Shown here: positions 51,400 to 64,000 of the stretch, in pieces
Layout of the letters: each line of letters opens with the position of its first letter
How positions within the stretch are numbered: the first letter of the stretch is position 1
Assembly: GCF_036971445.1 (NCBI RefSeq)
Contig: NC_091471.1
Coordinates: 202,430,001 to 202,494,000, forward strand
Source: Narcine bancroftii
Taxonomy: Eukaryota
Direction: 5' to 3'
Length of the DNA: 64,000 nt
Translations under genes and position numbers: made by a program
The notes under the pieces: model-generated
Told to the model about the DNA's origin: nothing
The model's database searches: none
The model's input: only the letters and a program-made list of their open reading frames with translations

Positions 51400-52280
51400 T
51401 CACAAATATCAGAACAAATCTAAACCAGCTATTTAACATACAATAGGTCTCTCAATCACTGTCCATGTGATAGTAGGTGTCAACAACAGTGCCACCAAGT
51501 GGTTCTACTCACTAATGCTCAGTTTGGGTTTCAAGAATAGATCTCATCGCAACCTCATGCCAAGTATTGAATGACAAACTAAATTCCAGCAGTCAGGTTA
51601 GAGTGATTGTCCTTGATCTGCCAAAATTTGTCCATGTGGTATCAGGAGCTTGAGTGAAATAGATGACAATGGGTATCTAGGGATAAAAATTCTACTATAT
51701 GAGTTCTAGCTTTCATGAATTGTCATGGTTGGTGTATGGCAATCATTCCATGCCCAAGATACCATGGCTGTGCCCTCATCTTCAGTCATCAATGACCTTC
51801 CTTCCGTCATAAAGTTTGAAGTGGGGGTGTTCACTGATGACTGCACATTGTTCAATTACATTATTGACTCCTCAGAAAAATTAAACAGTCTATGCTTGCA
51901 TGAAGTAAGACCTTGACAATATTTTGGTAATAATAGCCAAGTAATATTTACATCATAGAAGTGCCAGATAATTACCATCTATAATAGTAGAGTCTACAGT
52001 TTAGACATTCAGCAGCTCCACCCAACTTGACCTCACTCTCTCCTCCCCCCTTCCCCCAAATCATCAACATCCTGGGAGGTTACCATTGACCAGGAATTCA
52101 TTCCATAAATATCATAGCTACCAGAGCAGGTCATCTGGATATCCTGCAGCAAGTGGCTTTTGACCTGTTCAAACCTTTATATCATCTACAATGCACAAGC
52201 CAGAACTGTGACGAAATACCCTCGACTTGCCTGGATGAGTGCAGCTGTTAAAAGTTTCAAACTGATCACCACCATCAAGG
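51400..52280 (+). mobile_element. Old CR1-group LINE RT remnant
   Basis: Decayed ...QFGF...LD...INDLPSVI..EVGVFTDDCT-type RT motifs. Confidence 0.55.
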
Positions 52281-52294
52281 ACTAGACTGATAGT

Positions 52295-53190
52295 TCAAGT
52301 GCAAGTTTATTATCATCCAATTGCACAAGCACAATCTGATGAAACAGCATCCTTTGGTCCTCAGTGCAAAACATGCAGACACACAACCAGACATAACACA
52401 AATACAGACCAACAATACATGCACAGGACAAATATACATATATAAAAATAAATAAATAAATATTGTTCAGTAAATATTAGAGTCTCAGATGGTTAGTGTG
52501 ATTAGTTCCTTTGGTCATTCAACATTCACACTCTCTGTGGGAAGAAGCCATTCCTCAGCCTGGTGGTGCCGGCTCTGATACTTCTGTATCTCATTTCCGG
52601 TGGGAATAGTTGAAAGATGCTGTCTGAAGGGTCTTCAATGATTTTGTGCCCTCTTCAGACAATGATCCAGGTAGATCATATTGATAGGGGGGAGGGAGAC
52701 CCCCGTGATCCTCCCTACCACTCTGTGAATTGACCTCTGATCCAATTCTTTACAGAAGCCATACCACACTGAGATGCAGCTGGCTAGGACACTCTTGATG
52801 AAGCTCCTGTATAAGATGGCCAGTAGCCTTGTCCACTTTACTCTTCTCACTGTTGCGCCTTGCTGATAAATAAGATGAGTGTCCACAATAGGTCAGTTAT
52901 TCTCTACTCTCTCCACTACTGAGTTATTGATGTGCAGTGGAGAGTGGTCATTCCTGGTCCTCCTGAAGTCCACGATCATCTCCTTTGTCTTGTCCACATT
53001 GAGACTCGGGTTGTTAATCTTGCATTATATCATGAGATTTTCCACCTCTTCTCTGTAGTGCGACTCATTGTTGTGGCTGATGAAGCCGACTGCTGTTGTG
53101 TCATCTGCAAACTTGATGACACTATTGGAACTGGATTTGGCGGTGCAGTCATGGATCAGTGGGGTGAGCAGGTGTCAGTTGAGCCCACAG
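52295..53190 (-). mobile_element. Rex-Babar LINE 3' fragment
   Basis: KFADDTTAVGFIS...DESHYREEV; LYRSFIKSVLASCISVWYG.C; ttcaag tail. Confidence 0.8.
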
Positions 53191-54623
53191 CCCTGTGGTG
53201 CAGGAAACACAGCATCAAAGACACAAGGAGGTGGGAATGATGATGAACAAAGTGTGTCACTCACAACAACATTCTCAAGGATGACAATGTGAGGTATTAG
53301 TTCAGCAGGATATTAGTCATAGGGATTTTTGGGCTGATAATGGAGAACTGAGGCTGTCACCAATCATGGAATCTCATAAGGATGTTCTGGTGTACATTTA
53401 TACTCCCCAAGATGGCTCTGATGAGATGCCTTCAGGGCAAGATGGTTGCAGATGACAGAGTTGGTGCAATGGACCTGCCTGGCCAAACATCCTCCCCTTT
53501 TTTTTTCTTAAAGGTTGTGTGGACCCCATCAATCAGAACCTCCATTCTGGTGACTATGTGCATTTCTTTGCGAGAGCAATAATCTTGTCAAACAATGGTG
53601 GTTGGTGCAGGAGAATAGCTGGTGTGAAGGATAGATGGAGGACATGTGAAGCCTTTCTGCTTTTATATAGTCTTACTCTGATCTAGTCTGAGATCTAGCA
53701 AGTGAATCAACTTAAAGCTCTAAAAGAATATCAGTATTTTACCACAGAGCATCTTGGTGATCTCATTGAGCTAAGAGATTCTATTCATGACTGATTGCTG
53801 TTTCAATGGACATAGATATATCACTTTCCAGCAGTTCTTCAGCAGAGGAAAGTTTAGGCATGTCTAGCTCTTCTGTGTGAGCACTAATTCTGAAAATGAG
53901 TAAAATACCTACAGAAACAAGGATACAGGACACAGGGAATAGCACTCTTCTGCAGGAATAGAGTCATGCCCCACACAATGCCCAGAATTTACATATGACC
54001 ATAAGAATAGTCAAAACTAGGTTTTCTACAAAGCATGTCGAGAGTGTGATAATCTACACACCACTTGCCTGGTTGAACACAAGTCCAATGACCCTCAATG
54101 AGTTCAGCACTTAGTCAGTGGACTAAGCAGCCCACTTAACCAAAGGTGATAGCAATATACACTGTAGTCACTTCCCTACACTGTTTCAAGAGCGACTTCC
54201 AAACATGTATCTCAACCATCAGGCACTAGGGAACATCTTCACCTGCAGTCACCTAGAATAAATAGAAAAAATATTCAAGTTGCACATAATCCTGACTTGA
54301 AATTGTATCACCAATCCTTCATCATCACCAGGTCTAAAACCTGGAAATCCTTCCCCAGCAACACTTCTTGATCAGAAGAAATGCAGCCATTCAAGAAGGT
54401 AGTTCACCGTTACTTTCTCAAAGTTAATAATGGACATGACGTGGTATTGCAGGTAGATTGATGCCAGTGATGTCACTAATGAAGATCACAGCAGCTGGTT
54501 GCAGTAAAATCACTTTCTGCTAGCTTTGTTACTCTTTGTGGTTCTTTAGAAGGTGTTTGAACAGTCTGCAATCAGTTGTGAAGATACTTAGTCCAGTTTC
54601 CCACTATCAATTACATGTCTCTT

Positions 54624-54893
54624 TTTTATTTTTTTTCACACTGTGAACCATATCAATCAAAATACATACAAACATTTCCCTCTTAAATATACACAGTGGC
54701 ATTTTCTCCCCCTTTTCCCCCCTACCTAACCCCCCCCCCTTCCCAACCCCTCCAAACCCATTAAACATTCAACATATACAATAAAACCATTAAACAATGT
54801 CATCACACAATGAAGATGAACAAGAAATTGTGTCATCTACTTTTACACACTGGGTCAGTTCATTTTGTCTTCTTATCATTTTAGGGGGTAACA
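54624..54893 (-). mobile_element. Short 3'-UTR insertion of the younger L1 family with 11-bp TSD
   Basis: Homologous to 25873-26155; TSD acatgtctctt at 54613-54623 and 54894-54904. Confidence 0.9.
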
Positions 54894-56007
54894 ACATGTC
54901 TCTTAAAAGTGCCAAGAATCACGGCAAAATAATAGTGTCCCAGGAGATGATCAGGTGTGCTAACATGGATCTCATTCATAAGACTCCATTACAATCTCAC
55001 CATTGGTGCCATTTCATCCAGAAAAATATATCTCCCACAATTGATCAATTGAATTTTGCATAGTTACTACTTAAATATGGGTGTTACACAATACAATTTC
55101 TAAACTCCTGCACTTAAGCCATGCTATGGTTATTCATTCCTCAATAGACTGAAGTTTCTCTCTGTACCAGATGTAATGAAATTTTAAGTGCATTCTTTAA
55201 ACATGTGTTTATGATTTTGCACAGAAGAAATATCCCCTCCTCCCCTAATGTACATTGTTTTTGAATGCTGACCTTATTGGTTACCCAAGAGTTATTGCAC
55301 TGTCCAATACTCTCAACAGGGAGTGTCACACATGGGGATCATATTGCAGAACACATTGGATGGAAAATCATGACCTGCACAAATCTGATTTCCCAAACAT
55401 TGGATTATACTCCATCCAGAGTGCAACAGATTGTGGAATCATCCTTCATGTTGCATGCAATGGGGAGTTCAGGCGTTTAGAGCTGGGACTTTTATCACAC
55501 ACAATTTACCAACAATAATGATTACTCAATTATCCTGGAATTCATACCTTTTACTGCCAAACACAGAATTATTTATATGGAATATGCATGCCTCTATGTT
55601 AGCTGTACTGATTATTCACACAGAAGAATCTTAAATTTTAAGTTTTGCATTCAATTTCAATTCAACTGTGAGAATATGGGAAACTATTCTGAAATTGTGT
55701 TGGATACAACGTGAGATCCGATGATCAAACTAATGTTGGGATGAAGAGTTTATAGTTCCATTTTAAAGGCTACTCTAAACTGCAGTTGAAACATTGTGAG
55801 AGCTGGTGGAGAGGAGGTAATGACAAAGGGGGTGGTACAAATAGGTTGAGGCAACATTGATACCATCAGATAATGCTGGAAATACTCAACAGGTCAGGCA
55901 GCAGCTGTCAAAGAGAAAAGGTTAATACTTCAGTCAGGAGCACTTCGTCCCATTCGTGATTTCAGATAGCATGTTTCTATAATTTTAATTTATTGATGAT
56001 CCCATCA

Positions 56008-56240
56008 ACATGGTTAGCAAAATACCTTTACAGTGCCAGCAATTGGGACCGGGGTTTGAATCCCACGCTGTCTGTGAGGAGTTTGTACGTTCTCCCTGTA
56101 TCTGCATGGTTTTTCCCCAGGGGCTCCAGTTTCCTCCCACCGTTTTAAACATATTGGGGTGTAGGTTAGTTGGGGTAAATTGGGTTGCATGGAGACTTGG
56201 GCCAAAATGGCCTGTTACTGTACTGTATGTCTAAAATTTT
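56008..56240 (+). mobile_element. tRNA-derived SINE (V-SINE/HE1-like)
   Basis: Head with ggggtttgaatcc B box, central domain and tail gtactgtatgtctaaa. Confidence 0.8.
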
Positions 56241-56809
56241 AATAAGGTAAAATCCCATCAATCCTGCTTTCTGTTATCTTTGCTTCAGAATGCAGCAGTT
56301 TTCTCAAAGTGGAAGAGATGCCTGCACTAATTTTATTTTCCCACCCAGGATTTCCCCTCTTTTTTTCATTTATTTGCAGAAGGCAGAGAAGAATCAACAG
56401 CTGCTGATCTAGGCTCGTATGGCAATACCACAGAAAACCCAAACGTTCCTGGAGATAGACAACAAACAAAGTGTACTGCCAAGATCTTTCCGCAGTACAT
56501 CTGTGGAATGATGAGTCAATTGACCACTGTGTTGCCTGGAGCTGTTTGTGTAGGTGCCACCATGCTCTACATTGTACAGAATCCCTCCATTTGTCACATC
56601 TTCAGAGAACATATAGAGAGATGTGATGGTGTGAAAGCAGTTCCTTTTGCATGACTGGACCCTGAGACTGCTCAAATTTCATTCATCTTTTTGCTGCCTG
56701 GCCTGCTGGGTATTTCCATCATCCTGGCCATCCTCTCTTTTTGCTTCTACCTTCAAGTAAAATATACTGAAGCCTGAAATCTGACAGCACTAAGTTCAAG
56801 AACTACTTT

Positions 56810-56985
56810 TCTAATTACACCCATTTGACCTACAACACCTGGTATTTTTTTTAAATGGTGGTAGGAAACCAGAGCACCCAGAGGAAACCCACGCAGACAA
56901 GGGGAGAATGTAGAAACTCTCCCCTGGTGCCGATCGCTAGCATTGTAATAGCATTGCACTAACTGCTATGCTAACCTTGTCACCC
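56810..56985 (-). mobile_element. tRNA-derived SINE, internally deleted
   Basis: Reverse-complement SINE body and head (gcactaactgctatgctaacc). Confidence 0.7.
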
Positions 56986-57769
56986 AACAGCTAACAGGCT
57001 ATTTATTGAACGCCCAATCCTCAAAAAATTTACTGACCACCAAAGTTCTAGCTGCATGACTGACTCAGCACATTTTTGCCTTACTACCAACTGTGAATAT
57101 TTATTACTGTTTTCTCTTCTTGTCATACTATTTTTAAAAATCTTATATTTCATTAAAGTGTGTTTTCTGTACCCATGAAGCTGTAGAATGTAAAACTTCC
57201 ACTGAATGACAATCAACTTCCTTCAATTCACATTGTGCCAGATTTTACCTTCAAAACAATATATTCTGATTTTATTCTAAGTTGGGAAGCAAACCTTGCT
57301 AACTCTTTTAAGACCCTCTGAAGTTCAACTAACTTGATCAGCATTTGTGTTGTTACCAATCTTTGGTCTGAAATTTGGTAGTTTGATTTTTAAGTCAAAC
57401 AACCCATCCGAGGAGACTTAATTGGTACTAGGAGCCCTGGATAATTGTCTATAAAATGCCCAAGGACTTGCTTCTCTTGCTTCTTCAACATTGAGCACAG
57501 AGCACAATTTCTTACTCCCATTCAACATTTGAAAACTAATCTAAAAATGTATCCACCCCATTGTATGATCATGAGTTAATTTATGGGGGCTGGTGAGTCA
57601 AGTTGCAAGGTTTACGATGGAGTGAGCTAAGTTCTGCAGTCCATACCAAGTGTTTGTAACTCAAGCAGATTTTCCTCTCTGCACTGTTTAGTATTTTTCA
57701 TGTTTTCACCTTCCATGGAGATAAAAAGAATGAGAAATGTTGTGCTGACCAGTATATCCCTTCCTTTAT

Positions 57770-60700
57770 AAAAAGTACTAAACCCTCCCTACCCCATAAC
57801 TGTCTATTTTTCTCTCATCTATATGTCCGTCTAAGAGTCTATTAAATTCCCCCAATGTTTCAGCTTCCACCACCATCCACGGCAAGGCATTTCAGGTACC
57901 CACAACTCTCTGCGTAAAAAAACTTACACCTGATGCCTCTCCAAAACTTCCCTCCCTTCACTTGTACCTATGTCCTCTGGTGTTGGCTGATCCTGCTCTG
58001 GGAAACAGGTGCTGGCTGTTCACCTTATCTAAACCTCTCATAATCTTGTAGACCTCTGTCAAGTCTACTCTCATCCTCCTACGATCCAAAGCGAACAGTC
58101 CCAGTTAACCTTGCCTCTTAAGACTGACTTCCCAATTCAGGCATCATCCTGGCAAATCTCCTCTGCACCCTCTCCATAGCTTGCACATCCTTCCTATAAT
58201 GAGGTGACCAGAACCGAACAAATACTCTAAGAGTGGACTTACCAAAGATTTGTATAGTTGTAACATGACCTCTCTACTCCTGAATTCAATCTCTATTAAT
58301 GAAGCCCAGCATCCCATAGGCATTCTTAACTATCCTATCAACCTGTGAGGCGATCTTAAGGGATGTATGAATTTGGACCTCAAGGTCCCTCAGTTCATCC
58401 ACACTCTTTAGTAACTGACCATTAACCCTGTTCTCAGCCTTCTGGTTTGTCCTTCCAAAATCCATCACCTCACACATCCAGATTGAAATCCATTTGCCAC
58501 TTTTCTGCCCAACTCTGCATCCTGTCTATATCCTCTTGCAACCTTCGACAACATTCAGCTCCATCCATATCTCCTCCAACCTTCGTGTCATCTGAAAATT
58601 TACTGACCTATCTTTCCACCTCTTCATCCAGGTCATTTATAAAAATCACAAAGAACAGGGGTCCCAGAACATATCCCTGCAGGACTCCGCTAGTCACCGT
58701 CCTCCAAGCAGAATACTTTCCTTCCACTACGACTCTCTGCTTTCTTCCTACAAGCCATTTTTTTTATCCATAGTTTTCCACTGATCCCATGACTCTTGAC
58801 TTTCTTGATGAGTTTCTTGTGGGGGACCTTATCAAATACTTTGATAAAATCCATGTAAACCACATCTACCACCCTACGATCATCAATTTTTTTGTTACCT
58901 CTTCAAAAAACTCAATTAGACGTAAGGTAAGACCTTCCCTTTACAAAGCCACACTGACTATCCTTGAGTAGACTGTATTTCTCCAAATGCTCATAGATCC
59001 TATCCTTAAGAATCCTCTCCATTAGTTTACACACCATCAGTCTATAATTCCCAGGATTCTTAAACAAGTGGACTACATTTGCCATTCTTGAATCCTCTGG
59101 CACCTCCCCTGCAGCCAAAGAGGATTCAAAGATCATAGCTATTGCCCCAGCTATCTCTTGTCTCACCTCCCACAGCAGCCTGGGGTATATCGTGTCTTGC
59201 CCCAGGGATTTATCAGTCTTGATCTTTTTAAGAAGATCCTGTGGCAGCCCCTCGAAGCTAGCCACAGTGCTGACCCTGATGGTCCAGACGGCACTATAGA
59301 CCCAGCGATGGTGGCAGACTCTTCAATCAACATGGTGTTATTGAAATTGCCAAGCTTCTGGGCCTGAAGTATGGTTCCAGTAAATCAAGGCACAGTTTGC
59401 CCAGAGAGGGCGGACTCCATGCTGGCTGAGAGGGAAACAGTCTTTGCACTCCATGGGATGTTCATGCCCATCACGCACGACACCACCCAGCACAACAGCA
59501 TGTGGCAGGTAACAGCAGCAAAGACCCAACCACCGGCCAACCAAATGACCAGCCATGAGGACACACCCAGTGAGCAATACTGTCATTATCAGCGGTGAGG
59601 TGCAAAGACCCGTCGTAGTCTCTCCCCCAGCACTTTCCTGGGAAACATTAAAACCAGCCCATTTGGGCATTTACACAGCCAATTGGCCACCCTCCTCCCC
59701 CCCCCCCACCATCCCCCACAAAAGAGGCCAGCCTCCCAAGAATAACAGCATTTTGATCTCCGGTTCTGAGGGAGGGGGGTTCTGTGGAGGCTCCTCGCAG
59801 CCCCCTCGAATGACGATCCAGCAGGCTGCACAAGGCCCACAGTGCTGCCCTCCAATTGGCCACAATTAAATGAGCCTAACTGGCCTATCAAGGAAAGCGG
59901 ATAACAAATGCACCAATCAGTGCTGAGGAGGCTTTGACCATGCCCCTCATCTTGAGAATAAAAGTAGGGCTGTGAGCCCAATAAAGCTCAGTGTAAACTA
60001 CACTCAACTGGGGTTTGTATCATTTTTTCTGGGAACATCATATTTTTTCTGAGCTAAACCTGCATACAGCTATAACCTCTCCTGTGCTATAGGCTCTGCA
60101 GAGCCATAGCTTGTAGCAGTTAGCTACAATGGAACACTTCCGCTTCATTAATCTCCACATTGTCCAGCACATAGGCCTGTTTAATTTTGACCTCACCGTG
60201 ATCAGGGTCCTTTGCTCTTGTGAATACTGACATGAAATATTCAGTTAGGACCTCCACAACCTTCTCTGCCTCCAGGCACATGTTACCTCCTTTATCCTTT
60301 AGCAGTTCCACCTTCATTCTTGTCATACTTCTGTTCTTCACATGCACATAGAATGTCTTAGGGTTCTCCTTTACTTCTACATGCTAAGGCCTTCTCTTGC
60401 CCTCCCCCCACCCCCACCAAGCTCTCCTAAGTCTTTTCTTAAGCTCCTTCCTGGCTACCATATACTTCTCGTGCTTCCTTCTTCCTCTTGTCTTGTTGCA
60501 TGACCTGTTTTGTCAGCCATGATTACCTTTTCCTACCATCTTTTCCTTGTCCTAATAGGACAAACTTATCTTGAACCCTGCACAAGTGGTTCCTAAGCTT
60601 CCTCCACATTACTTCTGTGCTTTCACCCTTAAACACGTTTCCAATTTATTCTCACAACTTCCTGCCTCATCGCTTGATAATTAGCCCTTCCCCAGTTAAG

Positions 60701-61065
60701 CATTTTCCCAGTTTGAATGTTTACATCATTTTCCATAGCTATTCTGAAGCTGAGAGAGTTTTGGTCACTCTCACCAAAATGCTCCCCCACCAAGAGGTCC
60801 ACCACCTGACCAGGTTCATTCCCCAGAAAAGACCCAACCACCAATCAACCAAATGACCAGCCACGAGGACACCCCGGTGAGCAATACTGTATGGCCTCTC
60901 CTCTGGTCGGTCAGCCCACATACTGGGTCAGGAATCCTTCTTGTACACATCTGACAAATTCAGCCCCATCTATTCCTCTTGCAATCAGTAGGTGCCAGTC
61001 AATATTATGGAAGTTGAAATCATCCATAACTACAATCCTGTATTTTCTGCACCATTCCAAAATCT
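57770..61065 (-). mobile_element. CR1 LINE ORF2 (EN to near 3' end), interrupted by a solo LTR
   Basis: VDVVYMDF.K.FDKVPH; G.D.IYPRLLWEVRQEIA...GEVPED.RMANV; MERILKDRIYEHL...QCGFVKGRS; GEHFGESDQNSL.F. Confidence 0.9.
59240..60128 (+). mobile_element. Probable solo LTR (~890 bp)
   Basis: tgtggc...gctaca termini, CCAAT boxes, aataaaag TATA-like and AATAAA. The CR1 is continuous across it (aagaagatcc|aacacttcc); poor 4-bp TSD atcc/atgg. Confidence 0.7.
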
Positions 61066-62750
61066 GTCTACTTATCCTGCTCTTTCATTTTGATTTCTTA
61101 TTAGGCTCACATTAAAAAAAAACCTCCTTAGATTATGCACGTTAAAAGAAGACTATTTTTGATATTTCCCCATCAGTTTTGGTCAATGCAAACCATCTAT
61201 ATGTGGGTATATGTCATTCTACATTTCCGTTCTCCACAGCATAAGCTAAGTAACTTCACATTATTACCTCTTCTTGTTGCCATTCCTCTTTTGTCATCTG
61301 GTCTTCACAGTACAAGTTTATGCTCATTTGGCAATTCTCATCTCTTTCTTTATGGAATTCCTTTAAAAATAATAAAGATTGAGTTGTCATCTTGTGCATT
61401 GCAGAAGAGCATGGCCACATCAATTTTCTGTACACAGATGCCACTGAAGAATACAGCACGTGGAAGGTAATTCTCTAAGATCTGCAGATGTACGTGTGTA
61501 GTTAACAAATGTCTGCTGCTTGAAATGTTCCTGGGCCAGAAATTCTGCTCTTGAACACTTCCCGCAGATGAGACATATCACAGATAACAAAATGTTTTCC
61601 TTTTCAGGTGAATAAGGAGTGTCCATGTTCAAAGAGAGATGTTCCAGAAAATGGGAATAAGGCTGTGTAATGTGTAATCTCTGTACAAGATGAAGGTATA
61701 ATTGATGAGTTGTAATTAAGCCACCCATTCAAGGGCCACTGCTCCTCAAAGCACTAATTGTCCTTTCTATATCCATAGAGTTGATAGCTAAACACAGCTC
61801 TCAAGAGTATCCTGATCTAATCACAATAATGTTCATTTGTTTTTATCATTGCAGTCTCACAGGAGTTATCACCTGTGCAGCTAGCATTGTCATGAAGGGT
61901 GGGGTGGGGGATGGGGGAGTGGAAATGGAGGGAGAAGGAACATCATGTTGTTACTTTTGACCCCAAAGGGCAACTAGATCCTGGCACTTTGAGAATTATT
62001 GTGGCTCCATTATATTTCACGTAGCAAGACATCTGGCTGTCTGGCATTGGAGCAAAAGGACTGAAGAAGTGTGCTAGTTTTTGAGATGGTGAGGACACAG
62101 GCTATTCCTGCTTTGGAGTGTAGCAGCACATTTTGGGTGAGCACCAAACATAGGAAAGGGTGGGGGAATGTAATAGGATTTTATCTTGTTCGCCAAAGAG
62201 TCAGCTTCCCTGTAGCCCAGCAGCTAAAATATAGTAACACTGCAGACTGTTTGAGAATAAATGAGTTGTGTTCAAAATGCCTGGAAGCATGATCTTGACC
62301 ATGAGCAAGTCCATTCCACAAGTTGGGCATTCAAGGACCAATAGCTCTTGAAAATCACATGCAGATTGAGATTCACATAGATAATACAAAATTCCATGTA
62401 AGCTCTGTTTATCACTCCATGATCCTTCAGAAAGCCCACAATATTTGCAAACCCATTCAACTCAGGAAGGAAGCAACATTCCACAGCAGTTCATGTTGGA
62501 GCTCTGCCTAGAGACAGTAGCATATCTCTTCTGCTTGTGAAACATTGCTCTCCAGATGCATTGCTCTGCGGAGAGCTGGCTCCCAGTATAATCTTAAGAG
62601 ATAGGATTTGCACCAACAAGTGCTTTGGCTCTTGTTCATTTGGAGTACCTGATCATATTTACCCTGCCTGCAGACCTCGTCAGCAACTCCAACTAATGCA
62701 GCACATCCAACAGGACATCTGATGAAGCACCCAAATCTAACTTCACCATC

Positions 62751-63373
62751 CATTGGATAATATAAATTACATGGAACAACAAAGATTTCACTTCATGAAC
62801 ACTTATGGGTGTATTTTATGGATTTTAGGCTACTGAACACAAAAATAACCTTAGAATGTTCCTATCACATACCGTTTTTCAGGCATAACCTATTTTTGTG
62901 ATTTCCTGTCATATTCTAAGTCTACATCAAGCACACAAAACTATGAAGTGCTGTATGTCATTCAAAATTAATTTTCTGCATTCACATTTGGACTTGCCTA
63001 CTGATCTTAGTGCAGTCAATGACAAACTTGATGAAAGGTTTCACCAGGACCATGGAAAACCGATATTAGGGCAACTGGAATCTACCAATGCTGGCCGACT
63101 ATTTTTGGACACTGACATGAGAGGTGTCAAATATTGAGTACAAATGAAAATCAGCAGTAAAACATTTTTAGGTCAGTTGAACTAGCGCAATGTGTCAACA
63201 ACATTATGCGATTAAACATATGAAATTCAATAAAAGTTAATTTAATGTTTCTTAAACTTTCTAGGTGATATAACAAATCTGTAATTATCTTTGTGTTCAG
63301 CTTGAAGTTGTCTATTGTGATCCCAAATTTGTTTTCAAGAAACAAATCTTTTGAAAAAAATTGTTGTCCAATG
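62751..63373 (+). mobile_element. Non-autonomous Chapaev3(CMC)-like DNA transposon, uninterrupted copy
   Basis: ORF remnant MKCCMSFKINFLHSHLDLPTDLSAVNDKLDERFHQD; termini cattggataa...ttgtccaatg. Confidence 0.75.
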
Positions 63374-63444
63374 TAATTTCTCAGCTACATTATGCTCAAC
63401 AAAGCAGGATAAAGTCAATTCATTTAATCAATTTATTCTCATTC

Positions 63445-64000
63445 ATAAAGCCATACAACAAAGAAACAACCCCTTAAGCCCACCTTTTCTTTATTATCTG
63501 TCATGTTCCCATCTATATTAATACAATTTACTAGTATCTAGTGACGTAGCCTATGTCCAGGAATTGAAAATGCTCATCCAGATATTTCTTAAATGTTGTG
63601 AAATCACCTGCCATCATTATCATCTCAGGCAGTACATTCCAGTATGTACCCATCCCATGGGTGAAGAAGTTCTTCCTCAGATCTCCCCTAAACCTTCAGC
63701 AAAAATGGAAAATACAATAAAAATGTAGCAGGTCAGGCAGCTTATTTGTAAAGAGAACCAAAGCTTTTGGTTCTGTGAGCTTACACAATAATATCATTCA
63801 CATTAAACCTCCTACCCCTCAAAAAACTATGCACTCTGATCTTAGACTCTTCTACCAAATGGAAATGTTTCATACTATCATGCCTGTCTATGCCCCTCAC
63901 AATGTCCTCCACCTCTCTAAGTAGCCCCCTCAGCCTCCTATGTCCAAAGGAAAACACACCCAACCAATCCAATTTCTCCTCTTAAATGAAGCATTCTATG
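63445..64000 (-). mobile_element. CR1 3' end with a short Penelope-terminus remnant at ~63700-63780
   Basis: RRLRG.L.EV..IVRGIDR.D....F......IR.HS-type CR1 C-terminus and UTR. Confidence 0.65.

Noticed and set aside
56380-56654. Terminal coding exon after a strong acceptor at 56379
   Set aside because: About 90 open codons but no recognisable protein, no linked exon, and flanked by SINEs; insufficient support.

Overview
This is eukaryotic, repeat-dominated DNA. The repeat mix suggests a cartilaginous fish (inference): V-SINE/HE1-type tRNA SINEs, CR1 LINEs with an SGNH-esterase ORF1, Penelope, Rex-Babar, RTE, L1/Tx1, Gypsy and Chapaev3-like elements. No host protein-coding gene, rRNA, tRNA gene or CRISPR array could be recognised. 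Nearly all meaningful ORFs are decayed transposon fragments, many nested, with target-site duplications (TSDs) readable by eye. Top observation: two different Gypsy families (14514-15526 and 34042-38474) have no tRNA-type primer-binding site. Instead, 1 nt after the 5' LTR each carries a 14-nt sequence complementary to the AATAAA region of its own LTR, and the paired sequences differ between the families. This suggests self-priming and/or masking of the 5' poly(A) signal. Other points: a one-LTR Gypsy insertion flanked by a perfect 83-bp duplication; an 11x44-bp minisatellite made from a SINE Pol III B-box region; Penelope termini with hammerhead-ribozyme-like cores; twin-priming inversions in both an L1 and an RTE; and a ~63-bp templated copy of LTR sequence placed 1.3 kb away. 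All calls were made by eye without database searches, and boundaries lacking TSDs are approximate.
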